A model generated the notes under the pieces. It was not told where the DNA came from and searched no databases. It saw only the letters and a list, made by a program, of their open reading frames with translations. Source: Hemiscyllium ocellatum (Eukaryota). Taken from it: a DNA stretch of 64,000 nucleotides. Both the position numbers and the translations under genes were made by a program. Positions 37,051-48,699 of the stretch are shown piece after piece. How positions within the stretch are numbered: position 1 is the stretch's first letter; each line of letters begins with the position of its first letter. The stretch lies in the NCBI RefSeq assembly GCF_020745735.1, contig NC_083409.1, forward strand, positions 9,537,534 to 9,601,533. The letters are read 5' to 3'.

Positions 37051-38924
37051 TGTACTCTCAGCCTGGATAATTTGCTTCAGTGATAGAATCACGTAATGAT
37101 GGAATCTGTACAATGTTGAAGCAGGCCATTCACCCCAATGTGTTCACACCAATCCTCCGAAGAACATCCCACCCAGATACAAACCACTGCACTATCCCTG
37201 TAACCCTGCATTTCCCAATGACTCATCCACCCAGTCTGCTACATTGTGAGTGTGAGGGGAGAGTGATCCCCACTGAGACCAGGCTGACACCTCCTGGTCC
37301 AATAGCCTGCCTTGCTTCCCAATCCCAGCCCACACTTGGAGGAATGAGACCACCTGGGGAGGCTAGAGATGTTTCCCAGCCAGAGATAGTGCCTTCAGGA
37401 GAGAGATGGTGAACAGATGATAGGGGCAGGGGGCAGTGGGGTCTGTTGTCTTGAGGTGGGGTGTAGGACACATTGAAGCAGGCGATGGCAGGTGCTGAGC
37501 CCTTTCCCCGGAAGGAGTTTGTAAGTCGCTGGGTGAAAGAGGGAGGGGCACTAGAGTAACACCTTTGTTGCTGCTGAAACCCTTGCTGTCTGCTCTGTCA
37601 CGTCTGAGAGACACACAGACACATCAGACACACAGGAGGCAGCTTTCTGTGGATGTTCTCCTGGAGCAGATCTCATCAATCATGGAGCTATGGTCAGTAA
37701 CAGTGTAAGCTGTGCTGCCAAGAGGTGGGCACTGTGGAGTGTGGAGTGTTTTATTTCCCCCGCCGACTCTACTTTGATTCACTCTCTGCCCTCCCCTTCA
37801 CTGTTTGATCATGTAGCATTGGCCTTTGATGTGAAGGACACTGCTTGTCACTGGCCATTCGGGTATTTCCTTTCTTCCTGGAGGTGGAAAATGAATAAAG
37901 ACTTCTGCACTTGTCATTTTTCACTGTGTCTCACACTTGCACACATACAGTTGGGTGCTGGGGGAAAATTATGCTCCACCATTGTTAGGCAGCTGTGTGG
38001 GGTTATAGAAAAGAAAAAAAAATAAAACTGTGCTGCCCTGAAAGCCTGAGTCTGCATCTCAGCTCGGAAGGATATCAACTAATTCATCAAAATTGGTCCT
38101 GCCCCTCCGCAGCCTAGTCAGGCTGCCTGTGCCTTTCCATCACTCCCAGGTTTTCCCTTGTGCCACAGCTCATTCTCCTGAGAGTTGGCTATACTCAGGC
38201 CCAGCACATGGTCTTGTCCCACTGTCAGATCCTCTTCGAGAAACTCATGGCTCACCACTGCCCTCTCCTGGGCAATTGGAGAAGGGTAATAAATAGCAGA
38301 CAGGTCAATACATTCCCCATCCCAAGAGAAATCAAAATAAAGGATGTAGAATTCAAATGATCAAACTGGTGGAAGATGGAGTGGATCCGTGATTAAATTT
38401 CACCTGATAATTGCTGTATTAAGTTCAAGGTGAACTTAAGGTGGTCTCTGCTGAATTCTGATCAATTTTCATGGTTAACTTTCTCTCCAAACTGATTCTA
38501 ATTTGAGTGTTGCTGAAAAACAAAACATTTTGTTGAAGCTTTTTGTCTTGCATACATCAGGACAATTTACAAGAAATGCCACAGAAAAGGGAAACAATAT
38601 TTGAACTGGTGTGTTCATCGTGACAACACCTCAATCTGTCAGCACTTTCCTCTCATGCAATATAAATGTTGTTTTTTTTCTCTTTCGATTGGATGTTTGC
38701 AATTGCCCTGATGAGGGAAAAACAAAAAGCTTCCACAATATTCTCAAATAATTATTTGATCGTAATTTACTCTTTTGCTTCAGACCTGTTCAATTTCCAA
38801 GGAGTAATTCTGTCCCATTTTGAATGGAGGTCTCAGTTCATCAGCATTCACTAAATTCCAATCTCTGCATCAAAATATTTTTCCTGATCTCCTTCCTGTA
38901 CCTGGTGTTTGACTACAGACTGTG

Positions 38925-39200
38925 TCATCACAGCGCCTGAGACCCGGGTTCAATTCCCGACTCAGGCGACTGACTGTGTGGAGTTTGCACGTTCTCCCCG
39001 TGTCTGCGTGGGTTTCCTCCGGGTGCTCCAGTTTCCTCCCACAGTCCAAAGATGTGCGGGTCAGGTGAGTTGGCCATGCTAAATTGCCCGTAGTGTTAGG
39101 TAGGGGTCTGGGTGGATTGCGTTTCAACGGGTCGGTGTGGACTTGTTGGGCCAAAGGGCCTGTTTCCACACTGTAAGTCTAATCTAATCTAATCTAATCT
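38925..39200 (+). mobile_element. Shark SINE with (TCTAA)n tail
   Basis: gacccgggttcaattccc B-box, conserved body and tail. Confidence 0.9.
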
Positions 39201-40539
39201 AATTTTGCCTTTCAGTTTGCCATCATTGACAGAAAATCTACATTTACTGTGTTGATTTCATTAAGGAATTTTGAATATCAGAATTCCCTCCCTCCCTCCT
39301 CAAGATCCTGTTCTGGTGTTTCCTTGTAACCTAGATCCCCTGTCCCTGGACCATTCTGCATTGCATCTCATAGAAGCCCCTAACTGTCCACCATATTCCA
39401 GATGTGACCTAACCATTCTTCAGTACAGCTGTCCTGGCCACTCTCCCCTCCATCTCCTCACTCTCAACATTCATTCCAAAATCCCAGCGGCCTTTCCCAT
39501 GTCTTATTCTGAAAATTTTCCCAATTTTAAGCATTTATGTCACTGGCCATCCTTTCTTACCCACTGCAGTACATTGTTTACAATATGAGCTGCACTTCAG
39601 CATTTATTGTTCTGAGTCATTACAAGCAGGAAAGCTTCTTGTCAACTCTCAGTAGAGAAACTCAGTTAATCCCATTGCCCTGCTCTATCCCAATCGCTTT
39701 AATTGTATTTCTGGTGTATTCAACAACATCTGCATTACAGTCTTACGCCCACTAATGGCTTTCTGTCATCTCTTGCGTTCTTCCTGATTATCTTTTTTTG
39801 CAGTTTAGTGACATTGTCTTTGTACCCGTTTGTTAGACCTTTGCAATTCATATTGTGCCTGATCCCAGTGCCAGTCGTTGGGGCACTCCACCTTGTAATC
39901 TGAAAAAGCAGGCTCCAGTCTTTCAAAGAGATTAATTCAAGCCTCCCCCAGGTTATTATTTGAATTGTCCCTCATTTATTTTGATTTCTCCTGGGATGGG
40001 GCAAGCGTTGATGTGTCTGCTATTGGTTGTCCTTCCCTAATTGTCCTGGAGAGGGCGGTGGTGAGCAATTTAATATCTGGGAAGGACGGCGCTGGGATGT
40101 GTCCAAACAAAATCCGTGAAACTCAATGTCATTTTATGTTTGTTCTTTAGGCAAAGGGAATCCAGTCATCACCCAGACTGTGACTCCAGTCCCACAGTGA
40201 TATGACTCATTCTTCACGGCCCCATGATCTGGCTCAGCAAAGAACTCAGTCTGAACTGCTGGAGATGGGCAATAAATATGTGGCTTGTCAATGACATTAA
40301 CACCCTGAGAAGGAATAATGCTGCTCTTTGCTGTCTGCCTTTTAGCCTCTGAGCCACCACACTCTCACTGGTAAGGGTCTCTAATCCTCTCACATTAATA
40401 TATTAAATGATGGCAATATGTGAAGAGCTTATATTTTGAATTGTCAGTTCTCTTTTCCCATGCCTCTCTCCTCTTCAGGGGGGAGGGAGAGAAAATAGCT
40501 TTTGAACTAGGATACTTATCACACCCCAACGAAAATGTC

Positions 40540-40955
40540 TCCTGTGATATGATTATCTTCACAGTGTGCTGTTTTGTTCATCCTGTGATACACGTAGACA
40601 ATATCAGTATTGAGAGGGACAAAGTATATGTCCTTCTCTAACCCCTTTCCAACACACCCTCTCCATCTTGCTTTACTCCTCATTGACTCTTCTACAATTG
40701 TCCCTGTTCCCTCACTCCGTCCCGGTCCCAGAGGGATTGATGGCCGGAGTTCATGACCCCGCACTGTGTGAAGTTTGGTGTGAAGTGAGGCCAGTGTGTT
40801 GGAGCTTGGGCTCCTGCCTCAGGCCCAGGTGTAGGGGCCTGTTCGACAATCTGCACATTGTCCTTTTTCTCTTTCTGAATGAACTGGATCAAGTTGCAGT
40901 AAGGATCTGGCAACAAGGTGTCTTGTCTAAAATGTTCCCAGCATTGGATACAGAA
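40540..40955 (+). repeat. Inverted copy of block 29745-30165
   Basis: See the partner feature. Confidence 0.9.
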
Positions 40956-40959
40956 TTGG

Positions 40960-42030
40960 CTGTGTTGGAGGAGACAGAGGGCAGTGATGGGAGGATGGTT
41001 TTCAGAATGGAGGGCTAGTGGTGTTTTACAGGGTTCAGTGGTGGGAACTCTGCTGTTCATGGTCTGCATAAATGATTTGGAGGAAGGTGTAGCTGGTCTA
41101 ATTAAAAAGTTAACAGTTGATACAAAGATTGGTAGAGTTACAGATAATGAGAAGGATTGTCAGAGGATACAGCAGGATAGAGATCAGTTGAATGCATGGA
41201 CAGAAAAATGGCAGATGTAGTTTAATCCAGACAAATGTGAGGTGATGCATTTTGAAAGGTGATGTACAGGTGGGAATTATACAGTGAATGGCAGAATCCT
41301 TTGGTGTATTGATATGCAGAGGGATCTGGGTGTGTATGTTGACAGACCACTGAAGGTGGCAGCACAGGGAAGTAAGGTTGTGAAAAAGGCTTATGGCCTG
41401 CTTGCCTTCATTGGAAGGGGCATTGAGTATAAGGACAGACAAGTTATGCTGCAGCTTTATAGAACTTTAGTTAGGCCACACTTGGAATAGTGCACACAGT
41501 TCTGGTCACCACACCATCAGAAGGATGTGGATGTTTTGAAGACGATGCAGAAAATGTTTACCAGGATATTGTCTGGTATGGGGGGGATTTTAGTTCTGAA
41601 GAAAGGTTGGAGAGACTGGGTTTGTTTTCACCAGAATGAGGGAAAATGAGGTGTGACCTCAAAGAAGTTTATTAAGTTTTGAATGGCATTGGTCGAGTGG
41701 AAAATATGAAGCTTTTTCCCAGGATGGAGGGATCACTTACTCGGGGACAGAGGTTCAAAGTGCGGGGGAGGGGGGAAGGGAGAATATAAAAGAGATGTGC
41801 GAGGCAAGTATTTCACACAAATGAAGTTGAGTACCTGGAACACACTGCCAGAGGAGGGGGTGGAAGCAGACACAATAGAAGTATTCAAGAAATACCTGCA
41901 CTAATGCATGAATAGAAAGGGAATAGAGGGATATGAATCCTGTAGGTGAATACAGTTTCAGTGAGGAAGGGCAAAATGTGTCAGCAGAGGCTGGGCGGGC
42001 CGAAGGGCCTGTTCCTGTGCTGTATTGTGC
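40960..42030 (+). mobile_element. CR1 LINE 3' portion
   Basis: SGVLQGSVVGTLLFMVCINDLEEG and LQLYRTLVRPHLE. Confidence 0.9.
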
Positions 42031-42181
42031 CTTGTTCTTTGGTCCCTGCTGTTGAATTGGATTCTCGGGAGCCAGCTCCATATGAAGAGCCTGTTCCCAT
42101 TCTTTTGTTGGAGTTCATGGGGCAGCTGCTGCTTCCTTGCTACGTCACTGATCAAACCAACAATATGGAAAGCCTCTTGAT

Positions 42182-43005
42182 TTTCAAAGCTTGGGAGAAG
42201 ATTTGTAGCTCGGGTGCTCGTTGTTGTGGTTCTGCTTGCTGAGCTGGGATTTTGTGTTGCAGACGTTTCGTCCCCTATCGCGGAGTCATCATCAGTGCTT
42301 GGGAGCCTCCTGTGAAGCGCTTCTGTGATGTTTCCTCCAGCATTTATTGTGGTTTGAATCTGCTGCTTCCGGTTGTCAGTTCCAGCTGTCCGTTGCAGTG
42401 GTTGGTATATTGGGTCCAGGTCGATGAGCTTATGGGTTGAATCTGTGGATGAGTGCCATGCCTCAAGGAATTCCCTGGCTGTTCTCTATTTGGCTTGTCC
42501 TATAATAGTAGTGTTGTCCCAGTCGAAATAATGTTGCTTGTCATCTGCGTGTGTGGCTCCTAAGGATAGCTGGTCCTACTACATAGGACAAACAGGAAGA
42601 CAGCTAACGATCCGCATCCATGAACACCAACTAGCCACGAAACGACACGACCAGCTATCCTTAGTAGCCGTCATGCAGATGACAAGCAACATGAATTCGA
42701 CGGGGACAACATTACTATTATAGGACAAGCCAAACAGAGAACAGCCAGGGAATTCCTAGAGGCATGGCACTCATCCACAGATTCAATCAATAAGCACATC
42801 GACCTGGACCCAATATACCGACAACTGCAGTGGACAGCTGGAACTGACAACCGGAAGCGGCAGATTCAAACCACTACAAATGCCAGAGGAAACATCACAG
42901 AAGCGCTTCACAGGAGGCTCCCAAGCACTGAGGATGTCACCTAGACAGGGACGAAACGTCTGCAACACAAATTCCCAGAACAGAATCGGCGAACAGAAGC
43001 ACAAC
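42182..43005. mobile_element. Penelope-like element fragment with inverted ends and an 11-bp TSD
   Basis: GIY-YIG YYIGQTGRQLTIRIHEHQLATKRHDQLSLVA; left arm is the reverse complement of the right arm; AGCCTCTTGAT at 42171-42181 and 43006-43016. Confidence 0.85.
42925..42963 (+). ncRNA. Minimal type-I hammerhead ribozyme, best preserved copy
   Basis: GCA-CTGAGGA-T-GTC(A)CCT-AGAC-AGG-GAC-GAAACGTC-TGC: stem I GCA/TGC, stem II, palindromic ACGT stem III and GUC cleavage triplet. Confidence 0.7.
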
Positions 43006-43603
43006 AGCCTCTTGATATTTTAAATACACTGTCTGCAAGAAAATGCTTGGCAGAGGTTTTAACATTGTTTAATAAGATAAAGATGTAAATACACCAGTTT
43101 GTTTACAGCTATGAGCGTTTAACATCATGGTCCTTGTTTTAATGTACCCTCCCTCATGGCAATACATTTTACAATGTTTCTCTCCCCTTACATGTTGTGA
43201 AGAGGTTTGCAAACGTGTTTTGATGAGGACAGTGAATCTTCAACACCGTTTGGTGGAGTGGGTGTCTGTTTGAATTCTCACTTGTGATAATACAGTTTTA
43301 AATGTGTCAGGGTTACTTTCCCCGCTGTCTGGGGGTGTCGCTGTCACTAACCCCACTCCACCCTTCCCTCTTGGGGTAATACTATTTTTCACATCATTTT
43401 GGACACATTTGGAGGGGAGCGACTTACCAGGGCCATTCAGTGGGGTGCAGGTCTCTGGCACAGTGTCTGACCCTGTTACACAGAAGGAAAGGAGACAAAG
43501 GAGGAGAGCGTTAGTCATTGGGGACTCAATAGTTCGAAGGTCAGATAGAACGTTTGTTGGGGATGAATGAGACTCATGTTTGGCGTGTTAGACCCAGGTG
43601 CCA

Positions 43604-45015
43604 AGGCTGAAAATGTGTTGCTGGAAAAGCGCAGCAGGTCAGGCAGCATTCAAGAAGCAGGAGAATCGCTGTTTCGGGCAAGAGCCCTACTTCGGGAATG
43701 AGGAAAGTGTGCCCAGCAGGCTAAGATAAAAGGTAAGGAGGGACTTTGGGGAGGGGCGTTTGGAAACGCAATAGGTGGAAGGAGGTTAAGGTGAGGGTGA
43801 TAGGCCAGAGTAGGGGTGAGGGCGGAGAAGTCAGGAAGAAGATTGCAGGATAGGAAGGCGGTACTGAGTTCGAGGGTTGGGACTGAGACAAGGTGGGGGG
43901 AGGGGAAATGAGGAAACTGGAGAAGGAGGCCATCTGTATTGTACGGTATTCCTTCTTCAAAGACCGCAATTTCCTGCCAGACGTGATCGACGATGTTCTC
44001 CACTGGATGTCCTCCACTTCCCGCTCCTCCGGGCTTGAGCCCCGCCCCTCCAATCACACAGGCCAGAACCCCACTGGTCCTCACCTACCAACCCACCAAC
44101 CTCCGTATACAGCGTATCATCTGCCGTCATTTCCGCCACCTCCAAATGGACCCCACTACCAGGGATACATTTCCCTCCCCTCCTCTCCCCTTCAGCATTC
44201 CAAAAAGACCACTCCCTCCGTGACTCCCTCGTCAGGTCCACACCCCCACCAACCCAACTGCCACTCCCGGCACCTTCCCCTGCAATCACAAGAAATGCAA
44301 AACTTGAGCCAACACCTCCCCCCTTACTTCCCTCCAAGACCCCAAGGGATCCTTCCATATCCTCCACAAATTCACCTGCACCTCCACACACATCATTTAC
44401 TGTATCCGCTGCACCCGATGTGGCCTCCTCTATATTGGGGAGACAGGCCACCTACTTGCGGAACGTTTCAGAGAACACCTCTGGGACACCCAGACCAACC
44501 AACCCAACCACCCCGTGGCTCAACACTTCAACTCCCCCTCCCACTCCACCAAGGACATCTAGGTCCTTGGACTCCTCCATCGCCAGACCATAGCAACACG
44601 ACGGCTGGAGGAAGAGTACCTCATCCTCTGCCTAGGAACCCTCCAACCACAAGGGATGAACTCAGATTTCTCCAGTTTCCTCATTTCCCCTCACCCCACT
44701 TTGTCTCAGACCCAACCCTCGAACTCAGCACCACCTTCCTAACCTGCAATCTTCTTCCTGACCTCTCTGCCCCCACCCCTACTCTGGCCTATCACCCTCA
44801 CCTTAACCTCCTTCCACCTATCGCGTTTCCAATGCCCCTCCCCCAAGTCCCTCCTCCCTACCTTTTATCTTAGCCTGCTTGGCACACTTTCCTCATTCCT
44901 GAAGAAGGGCTTATGCCTGAAATGTCGATTCTCCTGCTCCGTGGATGCTGCCTGACCTGCTGCGCTTTTCCAGCAACACATTTTCAGCTCTGATCTGCAG
45001 TCTTCACTTTCTCCT
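43604..45015 (+). mobile_element. Penelope-like element (GIY-YIG end) with inverted terminal repeats, nested in CR1 ORF1
   Basis: PLVLTYQPTNLRIQRIICRHFRHLQ; LLYIGETGHLLAERFREHL; TSD CCAGGTGCCA at 43594-43603 and 45016-45025; decayed hammerhead cores in both arms. Confidence 0.85.
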
Positions 45016-46637
45016 CCAGGTGCCAGGGTCCATGATGTTTTGGATCTTGTCTTTGGGGTCCTGAAGGGAGAGCGTGACCAGACAAGTCGTGATCCAACGA
45101 CATAGGTAGAAAGAGGGATTGGGATGTAAAGCATGATTTCAGGGAGCTAGGGTGGAAGCTGAGAGCTATACAAAAGAGTTGTTATCTCTGGTTTGTTACC
45201 TGTGCCACGTTATAGCAAGGCAAGGAATAGGGAGAGAGATCAGCGGAATGTGTGGCTGCAGGGATGGTGCAGGAGAGAGGGTTTCAGGTGTATGAATAAT
45301 TGGGGCACATTCTGGGGAAGGTAGGACCTCTACAAACAGGATGGTCTTCACTTGAACCAGAAGGGTACTAATATCTTGGGTGGGAAATTTGCTGGTCCTA
45401 TTCTGGTGGGTTTAAACTACCACAGCAGGTGGATGGGAACCTGAGGTGTCATTCCAGTGCACGGGAGAATGAGAGAAGTGAGGGCATGGACAGGATTTCA
45501 CGGTCACAGGAATGTGCTGGCAGACAACGAAGTGATTTGAAATGTGTCTACTTCAACGCTAGAAGTATCTGAAATAAGGTAGGTGAGCTTGCAGCATGGA
45601 TAGGTACCTGGGACTTCAAGGTTGTGGCCATTTCGGAGACATGGATAGAGCAGAGTCAGGAATGGATGTTGCAGGTTCCAGGTTTTTGATCTTTCATTAA
45701 GAACAGGGAAAAAAGTAAAAGAGGGGAAGATGTGACCTTGTTAGTCAAGGACGGTATAACGTTGGCTGAAAGAATTTTTGACAAGGACTCATCTACTGAG
45801 GTGGTATGGGCTGAGGTAAGAAACAGGATGAGAAGGCACACTGCTGGGAGTTCTTTACAGGCCTCCACAGAGTTCCAGCGATGTGGAGGAGAGAATCGAC
45901 AAAATAATTCTGGGTAAGAGCAAAAGGAACAGAGTGCTCATTATGGGGGACTTTAATGTCCCCAACATTGACTGGAAATGCGAGAACTCTAATATATCAG
46001 ATGGATCAGTTTCTGTCCAAATTGTACAGGAGGGTTTCCTGACACAGTATGTCGAAGGGCCGACAAAAAGAGAGGCCACAGTGGGTCTGGTGCTTGATAA
46101 TGAACCAGGCCTGGTGTTTGATTTAGTGGTAGGAAGACACTTTGGTGAGAGTGACCATAATTCAGTTCCATTTAGTTTAGTGATGGAAACGGATAGGTAC
46201 ATGCCACAGGGCAACAGTTATAGATGGGGGAAGGGTAATTATAATGCGATTAAGCAAGACTTAGGCTACATAGAATGGGGTAGCAAGATGCAGGGGATGG
46301 GGACAATCAAAATGTGGAGCTAGTTTAAGGAATAGATATTGCGTGTCCTTGATAGGTATGTCCCTGTGTGGCAGGGGGAACTGATAAGGTAAGGGATCCG
46401 TGATTTACTAAAGACATTGCATCTCTTGTTAAGTGGAAGAAGGAGGCTTCTGTGACAATGAGATGAGATGATTCAGATGAGGTGATGGAGAGTTACAGAT
46501 TAGCTAGGAATGAGTTAAAGAGAGAATTAAGAAGAGCAAAGAAAGGACATGAACAGTCTTTAGCAGGTAGAATAAAGGAGAACCCTAAAGCTTTCTATAG
46601 GCATGTGAAGAATAAAAGGATGACTAGGGTAGGAATA

Positions 46638-46857
46638 CGCAAAAGTGAGGAGTGCAGATGCTGGAAACCAGTGTTTAGATCAGAGTGGTACTGGAAAAGC
46701 ACAGCAGGTCAGGCAGCATCCGAGGAGCAGGAAAATCGATGTTTCGGGCAAAAGCCCTTCATCAGGAATAGATGAAGGGCTTTTGCCTGAAACGGCGTTT
46801 TCCTTGCTCCTCGATGCAGCCTGACTTGCTGTGCCTTCCAGGACCACTCTGACCTAA
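46638..46857. mobile_element. Short palindromic Penelope-end insertion with a 15-bp TSD
   Basis: ACTAGGGTAGGAATA at 46623-46637 and 46858-46872; two back-to-back hammerhead-like hairpins (~46735-46795). Confidence 0.8.
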
Positions 46858-48699
46858 ACTAGGGTAGGAATAGGGCCAGTCAAAGACAGCAGTGGGAAGT
46901 TGTGTGTGCACCCTGTGGAGATCGGAGAGGTGCTAAATGAATATTCCTCATCTGTTTTCACTCAAGAAAAGGAGAATATTGTCGAAGAGAAGAATTAGAT
47001 ATTAGACTAGAAAGGATTGAGGTTAGTAAAGAAGCGATGTTATCAATTCTGATAGGAGTAAAAGTAGACAAGTTCCCTGGGCTAGATGGGATAAATTTTT
47101 GGATTCCCTGGGAGCCTTTGGCTTTGATCTTTGAGTTGTCATTGTCTGCAGGTTTAGTACCAGAGGACTGGAGGATTGCAAATGATATGCCCTTGTTCAA
47201 GAATGGCAGTAGAAATGACCCAAGTAATTATAGACCAGATAGCCTTACAACTATTGGAGGAAAAGTTTTGAAAAGGATTATAAGAGATAAGATTTATAAT
47301 CATCCCGCAAGCAACAATTTGATTGCAGATAGTCAACATCGTTTCGTCAAGGGCAGGTCTTGTCTCACAAACCTCGCTGACATTTTTGAGAAGGTGACCA
47401 AGCATGTGGATGAGAGTAGGGCAGTTCACGTAGCGTACATGGACTTCAGTAAAGCCTTTGATAAGGTTCCACGAGGTAGGCTGTTGGAGAAAATGCAAGG
47501 CATGGGATTGAGGGTGATTCAGCAGTTTGGAGTAGTAACTTGCTTTCTGTAAAAAGGCAGCGAGTGGTGGTTGATGGAGAATATTCAGCCTGAAGTTCGG
47601 TGACTAGTGGTGTTCCATAAGGATCTGTTTTGGGACCTGTTTGTCATTCTTATAAATGACTTGGATGCAGGCAGTGGTCGATTTGTTAGTAATATTGCAG
47701 ATGACACTGAAGTCAGCGGAGTAGTGGATAGTGTGGAAGAATGTTGCAGGTTGCAAGGGGACTTGGATAATTGGGCTGAAAGGTGGAAAATGGAATTCAA
47801 TGCAGATAAATGTGAGGTGATTCACTTTCGGAAGAATAACAGGAAAGCAGAATACTGGGTCAATGGAAAGATTCTTGGTAGTGTGGATATGCAGAGGAAT
47901 CTTGGAGTGCATGTACATAGATCCCTGAAAGTTACCACCCAGGTTGATAGTTCTGTTAGGAAGGCACAAGGTGCGTTAGGTTTTATTGGTAGAGGGATTG
48001 AGTTCCAGAGCCATGATGTCATGCTGCCACTGTACAAAACGCTAGTGTGACCTCACTTGGAATATTGTGTACAGTTCTGATCGCCCCATTACAGGAAGGA
48101 TGTGGAAGCATTGGAAAAGGTGTAGAGGAGATTTACCAGGATGTGCCTGGTCTGGAGGGAAGGTCTTAGGAGGAAAGGCTGAGGGACTTGGGTCCATTCT
48201 CATTGGAGAGAAGAAAGCTAAGAAGGATTTAACAGAGACATACAAGATGATCAAGGTAGGGTGGACAGTTAGAGTCTTTTTCTAACCATGATAATGTTGG
48301 CTTGTACAAGCGGGCGTAGCTGCAAATTGAGGGGTGATAGATTTAACACAGATGTCTGAGGCAGGTTCTTTACTCATAGAGTGGTAAAGGCGTGGAATGC
48401 CCTACCTGCAAATGTAGTTAACTCAGCCACATTAGGGGCATTTAAACAGTCCTTTAGTAAGCATATGGATGCTGTTGGTATAGTGTAGGGGGATGAGCTT
48501 AGATTAGTTCACTGGTTGGCATAACATCATGGGACGAAGGGCCTGTTCTTCGCTGTACTGTTCAGTGTTCTGTGTTCTGCAAGTGTGGCTAATTTTGGTT
48601 AAGTACAGTTTTGCATACTTTGCTCAGTTCAGCTCTTTTGACCAATGTTCAGTATTGCAGGGTCACACTGTCTAGAGTGTTCCTGCATTCTGTTGTGTA

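Larger units (their letters stand above)
43390..48560 (+). mobile_element. Near-full-length degenerate CR1 LINE (ORF1 esterase, APE endonuclease, RT, tail) with two nested insertions
   Basis: RRALVIGDSIVR; VLIMGDFNVPNIDW..SDHN; NYRPDSLTT; DFSKAFDKVP; 3' tail near 48540. Confidence 0.9.

Noticed and set aside
43893-44873. 326-aa proline-rich ORF as a novel gene
   Set aside because: Off-frame reading of the Penelope GIY-YIG region.
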